A DNA stretch of 64,000 bases from Longimicrobiales bacterium (GCA_965226375.1 CBDDCX010000004.1:47062-111061), one strand, 5' to 3'; positions 10,492-21,343 are shown, counted from the first letter of the stretch. The notes: generated by a model not told the origin, from the sequence alone. Program-made: numbers and translations.

Positions 10492-11273
10492 CGCTTCCGG
10501 CGCCGGTAGTGCTTCACGTCACGATAGGAGCGCCGCTGATCCCCGGCGCCGAGCCCCAGATAGAACTCCTTCACGTCGGCGTTGTCCCTGAGGCTGTCCG
10601 CCGTGCCCTCGAGCACTATGCGTCCCCCTTCCATCACGTACCCGACGTCCGCAACGGACAGGGCGATCCGCGCGTTCTGCTCCACCAGGAGAATGGTGGT
10701 CCCCTCCTCGCGGTTGATGCGTGCGAGGGTCTCGAAGATCGAGCGGACCAACAGGGGCGCCAGGCCCAGAGAGGGCTCATCCAGAAGCATGAGACGAGGG
10801 CGAGCCATCAGCGCCCGGCCCACGGCGAGCATCTGCTGCTCTCCACCGGACAGATACCCGGCGTGCTGCTTGGCCCGCTCACCCAAGCGCGGGAAGTACT
10901 CGAAGACCCTCTCGACATCCGGGCGCACTTCACCCCGGTCTCGCCGGGTGTAGGCACCGGCCAGGAGGTTCTCCTCCACAGTCAGGGTCTCGAAGACTCG
11001 CCGCCCTTCCATCACCTGGAAGATGCCGCCACGCACGATCTCCGAGGCGCCCATTCCGTGGATGTCTCGCCCCTGGAACTCGATTTTACCGTCCGAGACC
11101 CGGCCATCGTCGGGTTCCAGAAGGCCGGAGATGGCCTTCAGTGTCGTGGTCTTGCCCGCGCCGTTGGGGCCAAGCAGAGCGGTTATCGAGCCTTCGGCCA
11201 CAGAGAGTGACAAACCCTTGAGAACCAGGATCACCTCGTCGTAGCGGACCTCGACGTTGGTCAGGTCCAACAT
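10479..11273 (-). CDS. Branched-chain amino acid-type ABC ATPase (LivF-like)
   Basis: GPNGAGKT, LSGGEQQM, LLDEPSLGLAP. Confidence 0.92.
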   Translation of the reverse strand: MLDLTNVEVRYDEVILVLKGLSLSVAEGSITALLGPNGAGKTTTLKAISGLLEPDDGRVSDGKIEFQGRDIHGMGASEIVRGGIFQVMEGRRVFETLTVEENLLAGAYTRRDRGEVRPDVERVFEYFPRLGERAKQHAGYLSGGEQQMLAVGRALMARPRLMLLDEPSLGLAPLLVRSIFETLARINREEGTTILLVEQNARIALSVADVGYVMEGGRIVLEGTADSLRDNADVKEFYLGLGAGDQRRSYRDVKHYRRRKRWLS

Positions 11274-11277
11274 CGAC

Positions 11278-12471
11278 TCAGCGTCCGCCGTTGGCCGAAG
11301 GACGCCGGAAGTCCGTGATGGGATCCCACACACCCCCGTCCACCCGATACAGGCGAACGGCCTTTGCACCGCGATGATCCTCCGGACTAAAGGTGATCGG
11401 TGCCGTCACGCCGCCCATATCCATCTGCGACACCCCCTCCAGCGCAGCCTTGATGTTTTCTCCGGTGACCTCTTGGTCGGCCTCTATAACACGTCCGATG
11501 CCTTCGGCCAAGACGGCCATCGTCCACCAGCCCTGGGTCAGAGCGTTGCTCTTCTCTTCGATGGCCTCACCCTTCGCCTCCAGCAGCGTGCGGATGTCCT
11601 GAGTGCCCGTCAGCTCACTGGCGACCGGAGCGAACGGCATGGAGCCGATCACTCCCTCGGACGCCTCGGGGGCGAGGCTGACCAGCAGCCGGTTCGCACA
11701 CCAATTCAAGCACACAAAAGTGACGTCCAACCCAAGGCTCCGTGCGTTGCGTACTGCCAGCGCCACCGGACCCGACGTGTTCTGAAAGACCACGTACTTC
11801 GCCCCGGCCTGCCTGATCCGGGTCAGCTCGGCAGTGAAGTCGGTAGCGCCGCGGGGCATTTCATAGGCCCGAGCGTCGACCCCAATCCGCGCAGCATAAG
11901 CCTCCCCGCCCTGCTGCCAAGGAGACAACCCAAAAGGGCTGGCGTTGTGCATCAGCGCTACGGAGGGTCGCCCGGCCTCACCCCTGGAGGCGTAGTCCTC
12001 CTTGATCCAGTCGAGAACGATAAAGAACTGGTCGCTGTAGGTGGCGGCCACCAAGAAGTTGTAGGGAGCGTCCTCGGCATCGCCCAGACGGTGGGACAGC
12101 GACGCGGACGTGAACGGAAGCTGATCCTCGACGATGCGCCGCTGCAGCGCCTCCGTGTCTCCCGTACCCCATCCCATGAACGCGACCACACCCTCCTGTA
12201 CGAACTGGCTGTAGAGCTGCTCGGCCCGGCTCACGTCGTACCCGTAATCCTGGTAGATGAGGTCGATGGGCCGACCCTCGATCCCGCCCGTCCCGTTGCG
12301 CCACTCGACGTAGGCGCGGATCCCCTCCGCGTAGTCCGTCCCAACGTCCGCCGTGGGCCCACTGAGGTCGAAGATGGCGCCGATCTTGATCGCGTTGGAG
12401 TCGTTGGAGGCCACACCCCCACAGGCGAGCGCCAACGGAAGCAAGATCAGACATGAGGCGAGTCTTCTCAT
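11278..12471 (-). CDS. ABC substrate-binding lipoprotein (LivJ/K fold)
   Basis: Lipobox LALAC; KIGAIFDLSGPT; GWGTGDTEAL. Confidence 0.9.
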   Translation of the reverse strand: MRRLASCLILLPLALACGGVASNDSNAIKIGAIFDLSGPTADVGTDYAEGIRAYVEWRNGTGGIEGRPIDLIYQDYGYDVSRAEQLYSQFVQEGVVAFMGWGTGDTEALQRRIVEDQLPFTSASLSHRLGDAEDAPYNFLVAATYSDQFFIVLDWIKEDYASRGEAGRPSVALMHNASPFGLSPWQQGGEAYAARIGVDARAYEMPRGATDFTAELTRIRQAGAKYVVFQNTSGPVALAVRNARSLGLDVTFVCLNWCANRLLVSLAPEASEGVIGSMPFAPVASELTGTQDIRTLLEAKGEAIEEKSNALTQGWWTMAVLAEGIGRVIEADQEVTGENIKAALEGVSQMDMGGVTAPITFSPEDHRGAKAVRLYRVDGGVWDPITDFRRPSANGGR

Positions 12472-12514
12472 CCAGCGCTCCTTTGCCGGGACGGCGCCCC
12501 AGCGGGCACCACCT

Positions 12515-13564
12515 TCATGATCGGTACGCATAAGGCCAAACGTGGAAGTAATCCTTCACGTTTCGCCACAGCTTGGCGAGTCCCTCGGGCTCGAGGACAA
12601 CGAACAGGATGATAACGACCCCGAACACGGCCTGCTGCACGTGGGGCATCACTCCCGCGACGGCGGGTGCGGAGTCCTGGAGGGCCCGTCCCAGCGTACC
12701 GATGCCCGCCGGCAACAAGGTGATCAGCACAGCGCCGAAGAACGAGCCCGACACACTACCCAGACCGCCGACGATGATCATGGCCAGGTACACGATGCTG
12801 GTCTCGAGCGTGAACCGCTCCCACGTGACGATCGTGCGGTAGTAGGCGATGAGCGCCCCGGACAACCCGACAAAGAACGACGAGGTCGCAAAAGCCAGCA
12901 GCTTGTACCGGAAGACGTTCACACCCATGGCGCTCGCCGCGATGTCCTGGTCGCGGATCGCCACGAAGGCCCGGCCGACCCGAGAGCGGAAAAGATTCGC
13001 GGCAAACAGCGCGGTGCCCGCTGCCGCGGCGGCACCCAACCAGTAGAACCGGAAGTCCGTGTTCATGCGAAGACCGAACAGCATGGGCGACGGCAGCACC
13101 AGGGCCTCGGTGCCTCCGGTCAGGAAGGTCGAGTGAGTCACCACCCACTCCACGATCTCCTGGGCGGCGAGGGTGGCCACCGCCAGGTAGAGTCCCTTCA
13201 GGCGAAGCGATGGGAGCCCGAAGAACACGCCCACCGCCGCTGTGAGCAAAGCCGCCAGCACCATGCTCACCCCCCAGGGCAGTCCCAACCTCAACGTCAT
13301 GAGCCCTGCGCCGTAGGCGCCAACCGCCATGAACGCACCCTGGCCCAACGAGATCTGCCCTGTGTACCCGACCAGAATGTTCAAGCCGATGGCACCCACC
13401 GTGGCGATGGCGATCTGGTTGGCCAACGTCAGACCGTAGGGCGTCGCCACGAAGGGAAACACCAGGACGGCAGCCGCGAACAGCCACAGGCGCAGGCGCT
13501 CGGCAGGCTTTCGCCTGAGACCCATGTCCGACCGGTAGTCGGTAAAGAAGACGCCGCATTCCAT
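12515..13564 (-). CDS. ABC permease (LivM-like)
   Basis: GYTGQISLGQGAF, LRLKGLYLAVATLA, GRAFVAIRD. Confidence 0.92.
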   Translation of the reverse strand: MECGVFFTDYRSDMGLRRKPAERLRLWLFAAAVLVFPFVATPYGLTLANQIAIATVGAIGLNILVGYTGQISLGQGAFMAVGAYGAGLMTLRLGLPWGVSMVLAALLTAAVGVFFGLPSLRLKGLYLAVATLAAQEIVEWVVTHSTFLTGGTEALVLPSPMLFGLRMNTDFRFYWLGAAAAAGTALFAANLFRSRVGRAFVAIRDQDIAASAMGVNVFRYKLLAFATSSFFVGLSGALIAYYRTIVTWERFTLETSIVYLAMIIVGGLGSVSGSFFGAVLITLLPAGIGTLGRALQDSAPAVAGVMPHVQQAVFGVVIILFVVLEPEGLAKLWRNVKDYFHVWPYAYRS

Positions 13565-13628
13565 GGCTAGTGTGCCGCCCCGGGAGTTCGCCGGGACACT
13601 AGAGTGCCCCCGTCGGCAGAATGCGACA

Positions 13629-14501
13629 TCAGACGCGCTCGATGATAGGCCGGCCGAACAGCCCGTAGGGGCGAACCATGAGCACCACGATCAGCACGAC
13701 GAAGGGTACGACCAGATTCAATCCGTGCCCCACATAGCCGCCGGTGTACGCCTCCAGGAGCCCGATCACCGCACCGGCGATGACGGCTCCCGCGATGGAG
13801 TCCAGGCCACCAAGAATCACGACGGGAAAGACCCGCAGGCCGACCGCGCTGATGTTCTGGCTCACACCCACGATATTGCCCAGCATGATGCCGCCCAGAG
13901 CCGCCGACACACCGGCGAGCGCCCATGCGATGCCGATCACCCTCTTGATGCTGATCCCCATGCTCAGTGCCGCTTGCTGGTCGTCGGCGATGGCCCGCAT
14001 GGCGATGCCGTCCCGCGTGTACCGGAAGAAGAGACCGAGCAGGATCAGAACCACGGCCGCGGTCGGAATCACGATGAGCCGATCCATACCCAGCACGGCT
14101 GATCCTATCGTGATCTCGCCACGTGGCAGAAAGGCCGGAAACGTACGAGGTCGGGCGCCCCAAACCGCGTTCACCAGGGCTCGCAGCACACTGGACAACC
14201 CTACCGTCACCATGATCATGGATATGACGGGCTCCCCGATGAGGGGGCGGAGCGCGAGACGCTCGATGAGCAGCCCCAAAACGACAGCCAGCACCAGAGT
14301 TAGGGCGACCCCCACACTCCAAGGGAGCCCGATCTGGGCGATGGTCGAGAAGGAGAGATAGGCTCCGAACAGGAGCAGCTCGCCCTGAGCGAAGTTGATC
14401 ACGTCGCTGGCCTTGTAGATCACCACGAAGCCGACGGCCGCAAGGGCGTAGACCATGCCGTTCGAGAGGCCGGAGACCGTCAACTGCAGGAAGATGGCCA
14501 C
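13629..14501 (-). CDS. ABC permease (LivH-like)
   Basis: VINFAQGE, GIAMRAIADD, VVILGGLDS; GTG start just after the ligase stop. Confidence 0.92.
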   Translation of the reverse strand: MAIFLQLTVSGLSNGMVYALAAVGFVVIYKASDVINFAQGELLLFGAYLSFSTIAQIGLPWSVGVALTLVLAVVLGLLIERLALRPLIGEPVISMIMVTVGLSSVLRALVNAVWGARPRTFPAFLPRGEITIGSAVLGMDRLIVIPTAAVVLILLGLFFRYTRDGIAMRAIADDQQAALSMGISIKRVIGIAWALAGVSAALGGIMLGNIVGVSQNISAVGLRVFPVVILGGLDSIAGAVIAGAVIGLLEAYTGGYVGHGLNLVVPFVVLIVVLMVRPYGLFGRPIIERV

Positions 14502-14503
14502 GG

Positions 14504-16492
14504 CTACGGCGTCTCCGACGTGTCGGGCGCCGCCCCCGGCACCAGCGTCTCGATGCGCAACTCGTGCCGCACCATCACCGTTCGCCCGTCCTGGTAGGCG
14601 ATCTCGGTCTCCACCGCCAAGCTGTCTCGGTCCCCGTACAGAGCCTCGACCAGCTCTGCATAACGCTCTCCAATGAAGCGTCGCCGCACCTTTCGTGTTC
14701 GGGTCAGCTCGGCGTCGTCCGCGTCCAGTTGCTTGTGCAGTAGCAGAAACCGGCAGACACGCGCGGCCTCGGGAAGGGTGGCGTTCACCTCCGCCACGTG
14801 ATCGGTCACAAGGGCATAGACTTCCATCTTCTGCGCCAAGTCCGTGAACGTCGTGTACGCGATCTGATTCCGTTCGGCCCACTGGCCCGCGTTCTCGTAG
14901 TCGATGGCCACCAGGGCGGTCACGAACGGCCAATCCCCACCAAAGACCACGGCCTCACGCACATAAGGGCTGAACTTCAGCTGATTTTCGATGAACTGGG
15001 GACTGAACGTGCTGCCGTCGGCCAGGATCATGACGTCCTTGGCCCGATCGATGACCACCAGGTGACCACGGTCGTCCATGTACCCGGCGTCACCGGATCG
15101 CAGCCATCCGTCTTTCAGCGCCTCGTCCGTGGCCTCGGCGTCCCCGTGGTACCCCATGAAGACCGCCGGGCTGCGGGTCAGGATCTCACCGTCTTCGGCG
15201 ATCTTGACCTCGGTGCCGGGCAGGGGCGTTCCAACGGTCTGAAAGCGGATGTCCCCGTCGCGATGGACCACGCTGAGCCCGCTGACCTCGGTCTGGCCGT
15301 AGAGCTGCTTCAGGTTCACTCCCATGGCATGGAAGAACCGGAAGACGTCGGGGCCCAGCGCCGCACCACCCGTGTACGCTCGCCTTATGCGCCGTAAGCC
15401 GAGCTGATCCTTGAGTGGGATCAGTGTGAGAGCCGACGCCAGCCGGTGTTTCCACTCGAGTCCCCGCCCCGCCGCCCTCCCCTCGAAACGCGCGTCGGCC
15501 ATCTCCTTCCCAACCGACATGGACCAGTCGTACACATAGCGCTTCAGGGGGGTGGAGTCCTCCATCTTGACCTGCACCTCGGACACCATGCTCTCCCAGA
15601 TGCGGGGAGGTGAGACGATGGCCCTGGGCCCGATCTCACGGAGATCGCGGCGCACCGTGCCCGAGTCCTCCGGAAAGTCGATCGTGAATCCGACGACGAG
15701 GGCCCACGAGAGCGTCACCATCTGCTCGCCGATCCAGGCCAGCGGCAGGAACGACACCACGTCGTCGTCCGCCACCATGGGATCGACCTGCTGAAGCTGC
15801 TCGGCCATGCTGATCAGGTTGGTGTGGCTGAGCATGGCCAGCTTGGGGATGCTGGTCGTACCCGATGTGGTACAGAGCAACGCAACACCGTTCGGATCGA
15901 GGGCTTGGAGGGTCGTTTCGAACAGGTCGGGCTGCTCACGATCCAGCGCCTCACCCAGCTCTTCGACTATCGGGAAGAACAGAAGGTGCTCCGAGTCGTA
16001 CGTGCCGAGCCCCTTCGCGTCGTGGTAGATGACCCGCTCAATGCCGGGAAGCTGCCCCTGCACATCCAGAACCTTGTCCACCTGCTCCTGGTCCTCCGCG
16101 ACGACGATCCGCGCACCCGACGCCTCCAGGACGTATCGGAGCTCCTCGAGTACGGAGTCCTGATAGATGCCGACCGGCACGGCGCCAAGAGCCTGAGCGG
16201 CCAACTCGGAGATCACCCACTCAGGGCGGTTGTCACCGATGATCGCAACCTTGTCACCAGGGACCACACCCAACGCCCGCAGGCCAAGGGAGAACCGGCG
16301 AACCCGGTCCAGATATCCGGCCCACGTCATCTCCTGCCAGACGCCGAACTCCTTCTCCCGGAGGGCGACGGCATCGGGGGTAACACGAGCACGGGAAACG
16401 AGGAGGCCCGGCAAGGTCGCGGTGGGAGAGGAGGCCTGCCCAGCGGCTCCCCCACGGTCGGCCATCGGCCCCGGGCGGACGTCGTCGCTCAC
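14504..16492 (-). CDS. Long-chain fatty acid-CoA ligase (AMP-binding)
   Basis: TSGTTSIPK, LYGQTE, SGDAG, ELTRTRKVRR. Confidence 0.92.
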   Translation of the reverse strand: MSDDVRPGPMADRGGAAGQASSPTATLPGLLVSRARVTPDAVALREKEFGVWQEMTWAGYLDRVRRFSLGLRALGVVPGDKVAIIGDNRPEWVISELAAQALGAVPVGIYQDSVLEELRYVLEASGARIVVAEDQEQVDKVLDVQGQLPGIERVIYHDAKGLGTYDSEHLLFFPIVEELGEALDREQPDLFETTLQALDPNGVALLCTTSGTTSIPKLAMLSHTNLISMAEQLQQVDPMVADDDVVSFLPLAWIGEQMVTLSWALVVGFTIDFPEDSGTVRRDLREIGPRAIVSPPRIWESMVSEVQVKMEDSTPLKRYVYDWSMSVGKEMADARFEGRAAGRGLEWKHRLASALTLIPLKDQLGLRRIRRAYTGGAALGPDVFRFFHAMGVNLKQLYGQTEVSGLSVVHRDGDIRFQTVGTPLPGTEVKIAEDGEILTRSPAVFMGYHGDAEATDEALKDGWLRSGDAGYMDDRGHLVVIDRAKDVMILADGSTFSPQFIENQLKFSPYVREAVVFGGDWPFVTALVAIDYENAGQWAERNQIAYTTFTDLAQKMEVYALVTDHVAEVNATLPEAARVCRFLLLHKQLDADDAELTRTRKVRRRFIGERYAELVEALYGDRDSLAVETEIAYQDGRTVMVRHELRIETLVPGAAPDTSETP

Positions 16493-17283
16493 GGCCCCAC
16501 CCCGCCGTTGCCATGGTCATCTCCCAGGTATGCCTCCACGACAGCCCGATCCGTTCGGATCTGCTCCGGCGTCCCTTCCGCGATCTTCCTTCCGAAGTCG
16601 AGGACGGCCACGTGGTCCGAGATGTCCATGACCACGTCCATGTCGTGATCGATCACGACCGGAGTCACACCCCACTCGTCGTTTACATCAAGCACGTAGC
16701 GGGCGAGCGCCTCCTTCTCTTCCGAGTTCATACCCGCCATCGGCTCGTCGAGCAGCAGGAACTCGGGCTGCATGGCGAGAGCCCTACCTAGCTCCACGAG
16801 CTTTTGCTGTCCGTAGGCGAGATTCCCCACTCGAGAGCGTCGAATGGGCTGGAGCTCCAGGAAGTCGATGATCCGCTCTACCTCTTCCCGATGCTCAATC
16901 TCACGTGCCTGCTGACGTCCCCAATACAGACCGCAGCTCAACACGCTTCCCTCCATGTGGGCGTGGCGCCCGAGCATCAGGTTGTCGAGCACGGTCATGT
17001 GCTTGAACAGCTCGATGTTCTGGAAGGTGCGAGCGATGCCAAGCCGGGCGATCCGGTGCGGAGCGAGACGGTCGATGCGATGTTCGGCCCCGGCCTCATC
17101 GGTCAGCGTGATCGATCCCTCCTGAGGCCGGTACAATCCGCACAGGCAGTTCAGCAGGCTGGTCTTGCCCGCTCCGTTGGGACCGATCAGCGCCTGCAGA
17201 GGGCCGCGACGAAACGTGATACTGACGTCGTCGAGCGCCGTCACACCTCCAAAGTGGAGGGTGAGCCCCTCTACACGAATCAG
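16489..17283 (-). CDS. ABC ATPase (LivG-like), probable CTG start
   Basis: GPNGAGKT, RTFQNIELF, LLDEPMAG; the frame continues upstream as LIRVEGLTLHFGGVTAL to a CTG overlapping the previous TGA, with AAGGAGG 8 nt upstream. Confidence 0.88.
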   Translation of the reverse strand: MIRVEGLTLHFGGVTALDDVSITFRRGPLQALIGPNGAGKTSLLNCLCGLYRPQEGSITLTDEAGAEHRIDRLAPHRIARLGIARTFQNIELFKHMTVLDNLMLGRHAHMEGSVLSCGLYWGRQQAREIEHREEVERIIDFLELQPIRRSRVGNLAYGQQKLVELGRALAMQPEFLLLDEPMAGMNSEEKEALARYVLDVNDEWGVTPVVIDHDMDVVMDISDHVAVLDFGRKIAEGTPEQIRTDRAVVEAYLGDDHGNGGVGP

Positions 17284-18428
17284 ACCCAGCCCCTCCTTCT
17301 GAACATCCGAAGCGTGTCTGCGAAGCGCTCCAGCCCCTCAGGCATGGCAGAGAGGGACAGACGATTGTACGAGAGCATCGGCGGGAAAGGCCGCCCCACC
17401 AGAATCCCCTGCTCCTCCATGCGGCGGATGTAGTCGTTCTGATCACCTAGGATCTCGTGGAACAGAAACGCGGTGTGACTCTTGAAGTAGTCGAGCTCGA
17501 GCTCGTCCAGACACTCCGTGACCACCGCTTTGCACCGATCCCACGTGGCGAGGCTCTTCTCGTACCACCCCTCGTCTTCGAGCGCTCCGATGGCCGCCTC
17601 GACGGCCAGCGTGTTGGGGTTGGAACGGGTGGCGTGAAGCTGCAGCTTTGCGGCGGTCTCAGCGCCACAGATTCCGTAGCCGATACGGAGTCCGGCGATG
17701 CCGTAGAGCTTCGAGAACGTGCGGGTGACCAACACATTCGAGCGCTCCGACGCCCACTTCTCCGCCGACCAGTAGCTCGCGTCGTCCACGAAGGGATAGT
17801 ACGCCTCGTCGACGATGAAGAAGACGTTGTCGGCGGCCGACGCAAACCAATCGTCCAGTGCCGCGCTTGGTGTGATCGTGCCTGTCGGATTGTTGGGATT
17901 GCAGATGTAGACCACCGTGGGCTCGGACCACCCCTCGGCCATGCTGCGCATCCGCTCCACGTCGTGCGCGAACTCGCTCGTGAGGGGCACCTGCTCGATC
18001 CGGTACGGATGAGGCCGCGCGTAGTCGATGGCATTCTCGTACGTCGGGATCGCCTGAAGGATACGACTCTCCGGAGAGGCGTGAGCCTCGATGGTCATGC
18101 GGATGACCTCGGTGGAGCCGGATCCGAGAACCACCTGAGCGTCGCTCACCCCGTGAAGCTCGGCGATCCGGGCCACGAGCGTCTCATCTCGGGGCCCGGG
18201 ATAGTGGGGCACCTCCTCCATAGCGGCGAGAATGGCGGCATGCGCCTTCGGCGGAATACCGAGCGGGTTGGCATTGTGGTTCAGGCGCAGAATGCCGTCC
18301 TGAACCGGCGCCGCCACGGAAAACGCCCCCGCCGGGCCGGCTTCTGCCAAAGCCACGTTCGGCAGGGCCGCCAGCCCCACCGAGGCCTTCGCCCCATTAG
18401 AAATAAATACGCGGCGATCCATGCTCAC
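17280..18428 (-). CDS. Histidinol-phosphate aminotransferase-like PLP enzyme with Tat-like leader
   Basis: CNPNNPTG, DEAY, RTFSKLYGIAGLRIGY; N-terminal MDRRVFIS. Confidence 0.88.
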   Translation of the reverse strand: MSMDRRVFISNGAKASVGLAALPNVALAEAGPAGAFSVAAPVQDGILRLNHNANPLGIPPKAHAAILAAMEEVPHYPGPRDETLVARIAELHGVSDAQVVLGSGSTEVIRMTIEAHASPESRILQAIPTYENAIDYARPHPYRIEQVPLTSEFAHDVERMRSMAEGWSEPTVVYICNPNNPTGTITPSAALDDWFASAADNVFFIVDEAYYPFVDDASYWSAEKWASERSNVLVTRTFSKLYGIAGLRIGYGICGAETAAKLQLHATRSNPNTLAVEAAIGALEDEGWYEKSLATWDRCKAVVTECLDELELDYFKSHTAFLFHEILGDQNDYIRRMEEQGILVGRPFPPMLSYNRLSLSAMPEGLERFADTLRMFRRRGWV

Positions 18429-18499
18429 CTCCTAGCGCTATGGGATGAAGCGGTCATCCGAAGATCCGAGTGTCCGTCCCGAGTCCCCTCCTCTGCGAC

Positions 18500-21136
18500 C
18501 TACCAGCCTTCGTGCGAACAGTATGGAGCCGCCTGGTCGAGCCAACTCAGCCCGTACGAGAGGCCGCTCGGGCCTCTGGACCTCCAAGCCGCCGACCCCG
18601 AGCCACCCAGGAAGTCCATCGCGGGCATGCCGATCGGGGCGCCCGGCGGCGCGTTCGGCGCCGACTGCAAGCCGTAGGGCTCGCCCGGCCGCTCGAGGAA
18701 CCGGCCGATGTCTAATGCGAGCAGACGCTCGCTCGCGAGCTGAGCGTCGAACGGGACATCGATGCTCGCCACCATCGGCGCACTCTGGGTTTCCCACAAG
18801 TTGCGTGCGCGCTCCAGATATGCCGTCGTAAGTGCTCTGACCTGGGGCATGGCCGCCCCACCCGCCAAGGCCATCATGCGATCGATCGCCACGCTGCGCA
18901 CCGACCTGCGGATCTCGGCCTCGTATGGAGAATCCGCCTCGTCCACGCCGGTGGCCATGAGCAGCGCGAGAATCACTTCCTCGAGCCCCGGCAGCGACGG
19001 ATCGAGCGCGTGCTGCTCGACCAGACGCGCAGCCCGGTCCGGCTGCAGCAGCTCCGAGATGGTGTGGTCGGACGCCACGACCGCCGGCGAGATCGCATCG
19101 AACATAGAGCCCGTGTAGCGGGGGAACAGCTCCCTGGTGCGCCCATACCCGCCCGGCCTGGGAGGCAGCGCAGCGAGTACACTCTGTGGGATGGCCAGAG
19201 CCGAGGGCTCCAGCGTGGCTAGGAGCGACTGGATGGCCGCCCGCTGATCATCGCCTGATACGTGCTCCACCGGTGTACGCCCGTCCCCGCGGAACGCGTA
19301 GATGTAGTGGAGGCCACCCACCGACGAAGCCGTCGAGGTCACCTGGTATCGGTGGTGCATATAGACCGGAACCAGCACCTCTTCCATCGTCGCCATGGGC
19401 CGGCCGGTCTTGATGACGCGCTCCCCGAACCGGTCTAACGCGTGCCGGCGCACTTCCATGATCGCGTCGAGGTCGGCGCTGGGATTCTTGCCGTTCACCC
19501 ACTGATCGACCCTCGCGTGCGCCGACTGGTCCTGATTGGAGAGGTAACGGATGTCTTGGGCCCAAGCGTCGTCCAGGATCCTCTGGAGCGCCGGGCCGGC
19601 CTCGGCCTCATCGGCGTAGACCGAGTATCCGTAGGCGATCGCCACCCGGTCCCATTCGCCGATCTCGGCTTCGTATACGTCCGAGAAGTCGATGCGCCCG
19701 CCTTCGAGCGTCACCAGCGCCGTCGGATAGTCCATCACCGAAATACGCCCGACCTCACTGTTGTAGTAGTTGTGCCCCAGACCGATGGTGTGGCCCACCT
19801 CGTGTGCACTCAGCTGACGAATGCGGGCGAGCGCCCACTCGGCGAGCTCGGGAGGCGTCTCGTCGCCGTTCTCATAGGGAGCCAGCAGCCCTTCGGCGAT
19901 CATGTAGTCCTGACGGATGCGGAGCGATCCGAGCGTCACCCTTCCCTTGAGGATCTCACCGGTACGAGGGTCCGTGACCGATCCGCCCGAGCTCCAACCG
20001 CGTGTCGACCGATGCACCCAGTTGATCACGTTGTAGCGGATGTCGTGTGAGCTGACCTCCGGCGGCCGCAGCTCCATCCGGAAACCACCCTCGAACCCGG
20101 CCGTCTCAAAGGCCTGATTCCACCAACTGCCTCCTTCGAGGAGCGCGGAACGAATCGGCTCAGGCGTCCCGGGATCCAGGTAGTAGATGATGGGCTCGAT
20201 GGGCGCGCTCACCGCCTGTGCCGGATTCCGCTTCTCCAGGCGGTGGCGCCGCACGAAGCGCTTGGTCATGGGCTCGCCCAACGGCGTCGAATAGTCGTCG
20301 AACGTCATGCTGCCGAACCCGGACCGCGGATCGTACAAACGGGGGGTATACGTTCCCAACTCTGGGAGCTTGATGAAGGAGTGATGCACCCGAAGCGTCG
20401 GCGCCTCGGCGCTGGCCGCAACGTCTCCCACTCCCTGGAATCCATCGGCGTCGCCGCCACCTCCGAACCCGCCGCCTCCACCCGTCCCCCCCGGCTGCAG
20501 CGCAAAGGTCAGTGAGACCTCGATCTCGGTGTTCTCCGGGAAGCCCATGGTCATCGGCATGTAGACGGCGCTTCGGGCAGTGTCCACCCGGTACGTTCCC
20601 GGCCGCATCCGCCGCGCGTAGTTCCCCACATCCCGCATCAAGAAGTCGGTCGCGTCCACCAAGACGCGCTCACCCGTCTCTGCAGCCACCGTGAAGCCGG
20701 CGAGCGTGGAGGGCGCGAACGCGTCCTCAACCGCCTCGACCTCGTTGGGGTTGGTCGATGACGCTCGAAAGCGATAGTTCGGTTGGATCATTAAGACCTT
20801 CGGACCCACCCTGTGGAAGCGCACGGCGCGGGAGCCGCCCCCGGATCCGCGGTCGAGGCCGAGGTCGTTGGAGCCCAATCCGGCGGCGAGTCCCGCCATG
20901 TGCATCAGATCGGTGTCCCACAGAGAGATCTCCAGCCAGATCTTGCCGGCGGACTCCTCCCAAAAGAGCGGCACGAAGCCGTCGATCCTCTGCATGCCCT
21001 CCGTCTTGTCTTCGATGGACGGTGGTGGGCCACTCTCTTCGTCACCACCGCCGCCCTGAGCGAGCACCGATGTCGGCATGGCGAGGAAGAAGGCGAACGT
21101 GCAGATGGCGAGGAGCGGGGTGGCTGCCCTGGGCAT
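18500..21136 (-). CDS. Secreted zinc-dependent metalloprotease (DUF5117/DUF4953-type)
   Basis: Signal peptide; AHEVGHTIGLGHN metzincin motif, SVMDY Met-turn, DPRTGEILKG. Confidence 0.88.
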   Translation of the reverse strand: MPRAATPLLAICTFAFFLAMPTSVLAQGGGGDEESGPPPSIEDKTEGMQRIDGFVPLFWEESAGKIWLEISLWDTDLMHMAGLAAGLGSNDLGLDRGSGGGSRAVRFHRVGPKVLMIQPNYRFRASSTNPNEVEAVEDAFAPSTLAGFTVAAETGERVLVDATDFLMRDVGNYARRMRPGTYRVDTARSAVYMPMTMGFPENTEIEVSLTFALQPGGTGGGGGFGGGGDADGFQGVGDVAASAEAPTLRVHHSFIKLPELGTYTPRLYDPRSGFGSMTFDDYSTPLGEPMTKRFVRRHRLEKRNPAQAVSAPIEPIIYYLDPGTPEPIRSALLEGGSWWNQAFETAGFEGGFRMELRPPEVSSHDIRYNVINWVHRSTRGWSSGGSVTDPRTGEILKGRVTLGSLRIRQDYMIAEGLLAPYENGDETPPELAEWALARIRQLSAHEVGHTIGLGHNYYNSEVGRISVMDYPTALVTLEGGRIDFSDVYEAEIGEWDRVAIAYGYSVYADEAEAGPALQRILDDAWAQDIRYLSNQDQSAHARVDQWVNGKNPSADLDAIMEVRRHALDRFGERVIKTGRPMATMEEVLVPVYMHHRYQVTSTASSVGGLHYIYAFRGDGRTPVEHVSGDDQRAAIQSLLATLEPSALAIPQSVLAALPPRPGGYGRTRELFPRYTGSMFDAISPAVVASDHTISELLQPDRAARLVEQHALDPSLPGLEEVILALLMATGVDEADSPYEAEIRRSVRSVAIDRMMALAGGAAMPQVRALTTAYLERARNLWETQSAPMVASIDVPFDAQLASERLLALDIGRFLERPGEPYGLQSAPNAPPGAPIGMPAMDFLGGSGSAAWRSRGPSGLSYGLSWLDQAAPYCSHEGW

Positions 21137-21343
21137 TGAGATCCTCCTGAACGAGCTGGTTCTTTAGCGTGCAGTGCCTTTCAAAGTCGGAGGGAGATGG
21201 TAGTCGCTCCGGACAGGTGGTGCCATGCTTGGGGCGCCCTACCGGCCAGCCGAATGGCGGTGGCTGCGTACCCTGCCGTGGCTATGGTTGGCATATTATC
21301 TTTTCGGGAATGCAACTCAACGCTCACGAGCAGTCCTAGGGGG

